NCBI GenBank assembly: GCA_034530615.2
Contig: JAVRCV020000025.1
Span: forward strand, 161,453-225,452
DNA from: Aulosira sp. ZfuVER01
Lineage (GTDB): Bacteria; Cyanobacteriota; Cyanobacteriia; Cyanobacteriales; Nostocaceae
Direction of reading: 5' to 3'
Length of the DNA stretch: 64,000 nt
The notes beneath the pieces are model-generated. The model had not been told where the DNA came from and did no database searches. It was given only the letters and a program-made list of their open reading frames with translations. The translations under genes and the position numbers were made by a program. This document shows positions 59,689 through 64,000 of this stretch, piece after piece (within the stretch, counting starts at the first letter, position 1; every line of letters starts with the position of its first letter).

Positions 59689-62600
59689 CTACCGCCATTC
59701 TCCCTGTATAGTGAAAGCTGCCCATTCATAAGGACTGCGCCCCTCTTGCCATAACTTGCTTTGCGCTGCACGCAACGCCTCAGCAGGAGTTTTACCTTTC
59801 TGTAACATCTGTTTGTAAAATTCCTGCATCAATACTGATGTACCTTCGTCGCTAACTTGCCACAGTGACACCACAACCCGCGCTGCGCCTGCATACATTA
59901 ACCCGCGTGTCAATCCGACTAATCCTTCACCGTTGACGTTTTTACCCAGTCCAGTTTCGCAAGCACTCAAGACAATTAACTCGGCTGGGTAATCTTGATT
60001 AAACAAATCTTCCAAGCGCAAGTAGCCACTGATGGGATTGCCTTGTTTATCAACTAATGACAGTACAATCCCTGATAGCTCTGGTTGGTCAGAATTGACA
60101 AAACCGTGAGTAGCAAAATGTAAAATGCGGAATTGACTTAAGGCGCTACTAGTTGCGGTATTGTAGTTAGCATCAAAATTTAAAGCTTCTAAGCGGCTGG
60201 CTGCTGGTATCAGTTTTAATATTTCTTTGGCTTCTATTGCAGTATTTTTTAACCTATCCCAACCATTGCGTTTCAAGCTCCTGGCGGAACGCTCCAGTGC
60301 AGAACGTTCGAGTTCAAGGTTAGAGCCAAGTGAGGATTTTTCGGGTTTAGCTGTGACTCGCTCATCAGTAGCACTATATACTGGATCGGCGAGGATAGCT
60401 AAAGCTTTCGCTGCTGGTTGGCGTTTGGCGATTTGTTGGCGTTGAAAGGCAATAGTTGAGGCTGAGGGTAAATTAACAATTTCATGATTTACCATTAATG
60501 GTTGGTATTTATTTGCACTTACATCAGCCAACGCTGCAAAAGGAATGGTTTGCAACGCACCATCAGCAACAATTACTAAACGCTTTCGGGCTAGTTGATC
60601 GGCAACAGGTGCAAGGATGAGTTGAGTAAGTTTTTTTGCCCTTGAGATGGATAAATCGCTAGCTGTTCCTGCTTGCAAGCTTGAATGAAATTTTGTGGCA
60701 ACTTCTTCTATCTCTTTGCGTGGCGGGAGTGTGTAAGCTTGCATCGATGTGGGAGTGACAGCCCACAAATAACTATGTTCATTTCCCAAGGAATACTGCA
60801 ACAGTAGGGTGTCTTTATCGAGTTGTTGCTGAATTTGGGGTAATTTGAGAATGTCCTTTTCCGGATCTGGGTTTGTCAATTTTGCATATACTGGGTTGCT
60901 AGTACGAATTTTTGCTTGTATTTCTTGGTATTGTGCCAGGAGATTTGTAATTTCTGTAGTTAGTTTTTGAATAGATTCTTGAGTTTTTGGAGCGTTATTA
61001 CTTGCTGATGTTTGTAAATTGCGCCGCAGGGTATCTTTAGCATCAATTTGCTGTCGGAAATTACGTTCTTGTGCTACTAATTGTGGGTTTGCACCTTTAA
61101 AAATTTTGGCATGAGCTTCGTTTAACAATTCTATGAGGCTGCGGGCGCGGGAGCGTTCGCTGTAGTGCAAAGCTAATGCATCGTATCCTTGTAATGGATC
61201 TTTTTTGTGCAGTTCCATCAGCAAGTCGATGTAGAATTTGTAAAGATTCTGCTTGGTGGCGAAATAAGAACTGCGGAGTTCTTTGCTGTCAATTTTGGTG
61301 CGTAATTCTTCGATAATTTTGATAGCTGCTTCTACATTGGTGTGGGCTGCTTGCAAGTTACCACGACTGCGTTCTAAGAAAGCGATATTACTAAGAGTAC
61401 TAGTTTCGCCACCCCTGTCACCCACAGCACGATGCAGTAAAAGTGCACTGTTGTAATATTCCAAAGCTTTTTGCTTTTCCCCTAAACCTTCGTAAAGATA
61501 GCCGAGATTATTCAACGTAGTAGCTTCGCCACCTCTATCGCCCACCGCACGCCGCAGTGGCAATGCAGAGTTGTAACATTCCAAAGCTTTCTGCTTTTTC
61601 CCTAAAGTGTCGTAAACATAGCCGAGAGCAGTCAAGGTAGTAGCTTCGCCACGTCTATCGCCCACCGCACGCCGCAGTGGCAGTGCACTATTGTAATATT
61701 CCAAAGCTTTCTGTTTTTCCCCTAAATCGTCGTAAACTCCCCCGATGTTACTCAACGTAGAAGCTTCGCCACTTCTGTCACCTACTGCACGCCGCAGTGG
61801 CAGTGCACTATTGTAATATTCCAAAGCTTTCTGTTTTTCCCCTAAATCGTCGTAAACTCCCCCGATGTTACTCAACGTAGAAGCTTCGCCACGTCTATCG
61901 CCCACTGCACGTCGGAGTGAGAGTGCGCTGTTGTAATATTCCAAAGCTTTCTGCTTTTCTTCTAACTTGTTGTAAACTGCACCGATATTATTCAAAGTGG
62001 CAGCTTCCCCAAGTTTGTCACCTACTGTCCGCAGTAGTGAGAGTGCATTGTTAAAATATTCTAAAGCTTTTTGCTTTTCCCATAAATCTGCGTAAACTAT
62101 CCCGATATTAGCTAAGGTAACAGCTTCTCCACCCTTGTCGCTCACCGCACGCTGGATTGGGAGAGCAGAGTTGAAATATTCTAAAGCTTTTTGCTTTTCC
62201 CATAAGTCGTTGTAAACTAGCCCGATATTAGTTGAGATATTAGCCTCGCCACCCTTGTCGCTCACTGCACGCACGATTGGGAGAGCAGAGTTGAAATATT
62301 CCAAAGCTTTTTGCTTTTCTCCTAAATCTGAGTAAACTAAGCCGATATAAGTTAATGTATTAGCCTCCCCACGTCTATCACCGACTGCACGCCGCAGTGA
62401 AAGTGTGTTGTTGAAATATTCCAAAGCTTTTTGCTTTTCCCCTAAATCGGAGTAAACTGTACCGATATTATTGAGAGTAAGAGCTTCTCCACGCCTGTCG
62501 CCCACCGCACGATACATTGGAAGAGCAATGTTGAAATATTCCAAAGCTTTTTGCTTTTCTCCTAAATTTGAGTAAATTTGCCCGATATTAGTTAAGGTAT

Positions 62601-63519
62601 CAGCTTCCCCTTCCTTGTCACCAAATGTACGCACCAGTGGAAGAGCAGAGTTGAAATATTCCAAAGCTTTTTGTTTTTCCCCTAAATTGTTGTAAACTCC
62701 GCCGATGTGAGTTAAGGTACTAGCTTCCCCTCTCTTGTCGCCCATCGCACGCCGCAGTGAGAGTGCATTATTGTAATATTCCAAAGCTTTTTGCTTTTCC
62801 CCTAAATCGTCGTAAACTCCTGCGATATTAGTTAAGGTATTAGCTTCCCCTCTCTTTTTGCCGATCGCACGCCGCAGTGAGAGTGCATTGTTGTAATATT
62901 CCAAAGCTTTTTGCTCTTCCCCCGAATTGTCGTAAAGTGCGCCGATATTATTGAGAGTAAGAGCTTCGCCATCCTTGTCACCCACCGCACGCCGTAGTGG
63001 GAGTGCATTGTTGAAATATTCTAAAGCTTTTTGCTTTTCCCCTAAATCTAAGTAGACCCCGCCGATATTGGTTAAAGAATTAGCTTCGCCACCCTTGTCG
63101 CCCACCGCACGCCGCAGTGTGAGCGCACTGTTGTAATATTCCAAAGCTTTTTGCTTTTCCCCTAAGTCGTCGTAAACTGCACCGATATTATTCAACGTAG
63201 TAGCTTGCCATTTTTGATCCCCTGCTTTTTGCCACAATGTTAACGCTTGTTGCCATTTTTCTATCGCCTGCTTAAGTGATTCTGCTGTACCTTGTTTAAA
63301 AAGTGCCATCCCTTCTTCATAGGCTTTTGCTGCTGGACTTTGAGTTGCATCTTGCTGGTTTGTAGTTGACTGCTGTGCAATTTGTGTCTGTTTTAACGTG
63401 GCTTTTGCCTTCACTGACTCAGATAATAGAACCACACTCAGCAAGCAGATTAAACTGTAAAACTTAAATTTAGGTTTTAGATATGTGAAAAAATCGCTTT
63501 TTGCGGTTTTATTCTTCAT
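59689..63519 (-). CDS. Exported TPR-repeat CHAT (caspase HetF-associated) domain protein
   Basis: Signal/TM N-terminus, 15 x 40-aa GEKQKALEY-type repeats, HFATHG and LSACETG dyad, WAAFTIQGEW. Confidence 0.93.
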   Translation of the reverse strand: MKNKTAKSDFFTYLKPKFKFYSLICLLSVVLLSESVKAKATLKQTQIAQQSTTNQQDATQSPAAKAYEEGMALFKQGTAESLKQAIEKWQQALTLWQKAGDQKWQATTLNNIGAVYDDLGEKQKALEYYNSALTLRRAVGDKGGEANSLTNIGGVYLDLGEKQKALEYFNNALPLRRAVGDKDGEALTLNNIGALYDNSGEEQKALEYYNNALSLRRAIGKKRGEANTLTNIAGVYDDLGEKQKALEYYNNALSLRRAMGDKRGEASTLTHIGGVYNNLGEKQKALEYFNSALPLVRTFGDKEGEADTLTNIGQIYSNLGEKQKALEYFNIALPMYRAVGDRRGEALTLNNIGTVYSDLGEKQKALEYFNNTLSLRRAVGDRRGEANTLTYIGLVYSDLGEKQKALEYFNSALPIVRAVSDKGGEANISTNIGLVYNDLWEKQKALEYFNSALPIQRAVSDKGGEAVTLANIGIVYADLWEKQKALEYFNNALSLLRTVGDKLGEAATLNNIGAVYNKLEEKQKALEYYNSALSLRRAVGDRRGEASTLSNIGGVYDDLGEKQKALEYYNSALPLRRAVGDRSGEASTLSNIGGVYDDLGEKQKALEYYNSALPLRRAVGDRRGEATTLTALGYVYDTLGKKQKALECYNSALPLRRAVGDRGGEATTLNNLGYLYEGLGEKQKALEYYNSALLLHRAVGDRGGETSTLSNIAFLERSRGNLQAAHTNVEAAIKIIEELRTKIDSKELRSSYFATKQNLYKFYIDLLMELHKKDPLQGYDALALHYSERSRARSLIELLNEAHAKIFKGANPQLVAQERNFRQQIDAKDTLRRNLQTSASNNAPKTQESIQKLTTEITNLLAQYQEIQAKIRTSNPVYAKLTNPDPEKDILKLPQIQQQLDKDTLLLQYSLGNEHSYLWAVTPTSMQAYTLPPRKEIEEVATKFHSSLQAGTASDLSISRAKKLTQLILAPVADQLARKRLVIVADGALQTIPFAALADVSANKYQPLMVNHEIVNLPSASTIAFQRQQIAKRQPAAKALAILADPVYSATDERVTAKPEKSSLGSNLELERSALERSARSLKRNGWDRLKNTAIEAKEILKLIPAASRLEALNFDANYNTATSSALSQFRILHFATHGFVNSDQPELSGIVLSLVDKQGNPISGYLRLEDLFNQDYPAELIVLSACETGLGKNVNGEGLVGLTRGLMYAGAARVVVSLWQVSDEGTSVLMQEFYKQMLQKGKTPAEALRAAQSKLWQEGRSPYEWAAFTIQGEWR
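61400..63210 (-). repeat. Intragenic 120-bp TPR-coding tandem repeat, 15 units
   Basis: C(C/T)AAAGCTTT recurs every 120 bp from ~61461 to ~63141. Confidence 0.92.
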
Positions 63520-63696
63520 AGTCTAGGTATTAATTATGTACAGCAACATTAGTAACACATCAATGCAGTGTACAGAGATAAATATTGTCAAAAGATATAC
63601 TAGGATAGCTGGAATTTAGTTTAAGGTTGCATCAAAGATGAATAGTGCTGCTGTAAGTTTTTACAAAAAAATTAGATGCGATCGCATCGAATGACA

Positions 63697-64000
63697 ATGC
63701 AATTCAATTGCAGGGCGATGCATTAACATAACAAGGCGATGCAACTCAATTGCAGACCGATGCATTAATATAACAAGGCAATGCAATGCGATCGCAAACC
63801 GATGCATTAACATAACAAGGCGATGCAATTCGATTGCAGAGCGATGCATTAACATAACGAGGCGATGCAATGCGATCGCAGACCGATGCATTAATATAAC
63901 GGGGCGATGCAATGCGATCGCAGGGCGATGCATTAATATAACAAGGCAATGCGATCGCAGACCGATGCATTAATATAACGGGGCGATGCAATGCGATCGC
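63697..64000 (+). repeat. Second 42-bp tandem repeat array, same family and orientation, at least 7 units; runs off the window
   Basis: Units at 63697, 63739, 63781, 63823, 63865, 63907, 63949 (37 bp) and 63986 (partial). Confidence 0.92.

Noticed and set aside
59252..59771. ORFs 59252-59599 and 59358-59771 (also 63661-63933 and 63746-63991)
   Set aside because: Translations of the 42-bp repeat, open because the unit is a multiple of 3; they overlap recR or the CHAT gene.
59447..64000. 42-bp arrays as CRISPR arrays
   Set aside because: No unique spacers (both halves repeat) and no cas genes in the window.
1..64000. HIP1 (GCGATCGC) abundance as a novel repeat; tRNA/rRNA genes
   Set aside because: HIP1 is a well-known cyanobacterial feature; no tRNA or rRNA was recognised by eye.

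Overview
Chromosomal segment of a cyanobacterium, most likely a filamentous Nostocales type (dense HIP1 GCGATCGC, heptamer STRR-type repeats, Uma2/CHAT/WD40 genes). 1-32929 is a minus-strand exo/capsular polysaccharide cluster that runs off the left edge. It holds PglF/PglE/PglD/PglC-like bacillosamine genes, GT4s, Wzy, a MurJ-like flippase, uronic-acid enzymes and two Asn-synthase-like amidoligases. Embedded in it is a tailoring block: two ATP-grasp ligases flanking a PLP decarboxylase, an acetyltransferase, a Tat DUF362 protein and a stand-alone NRPS-like protein (formyltransferase / predicted Gly-specific A domain interrupted by a luciferase-like monooxygenase / PCP). The right half has sucC/sucD homologues lacking key catalytic residues, several accessory genes, purM and tandem mrdA paralogues. 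It also has a potA-potD-potB operon interrupted by a four-helix-bundle gene bracketed by a 32-bp inverted heptamer repeat, a nonsense-interrupted RAYT with GTAG REPs, recR with no canonical start codon for its conserved N-terminus, and a TPR-CHAT gene flanked on both sides by the same 42-bp HIP1-containing tandem repeat. All family assignments come from motif recognition by eye; no database searches were run.
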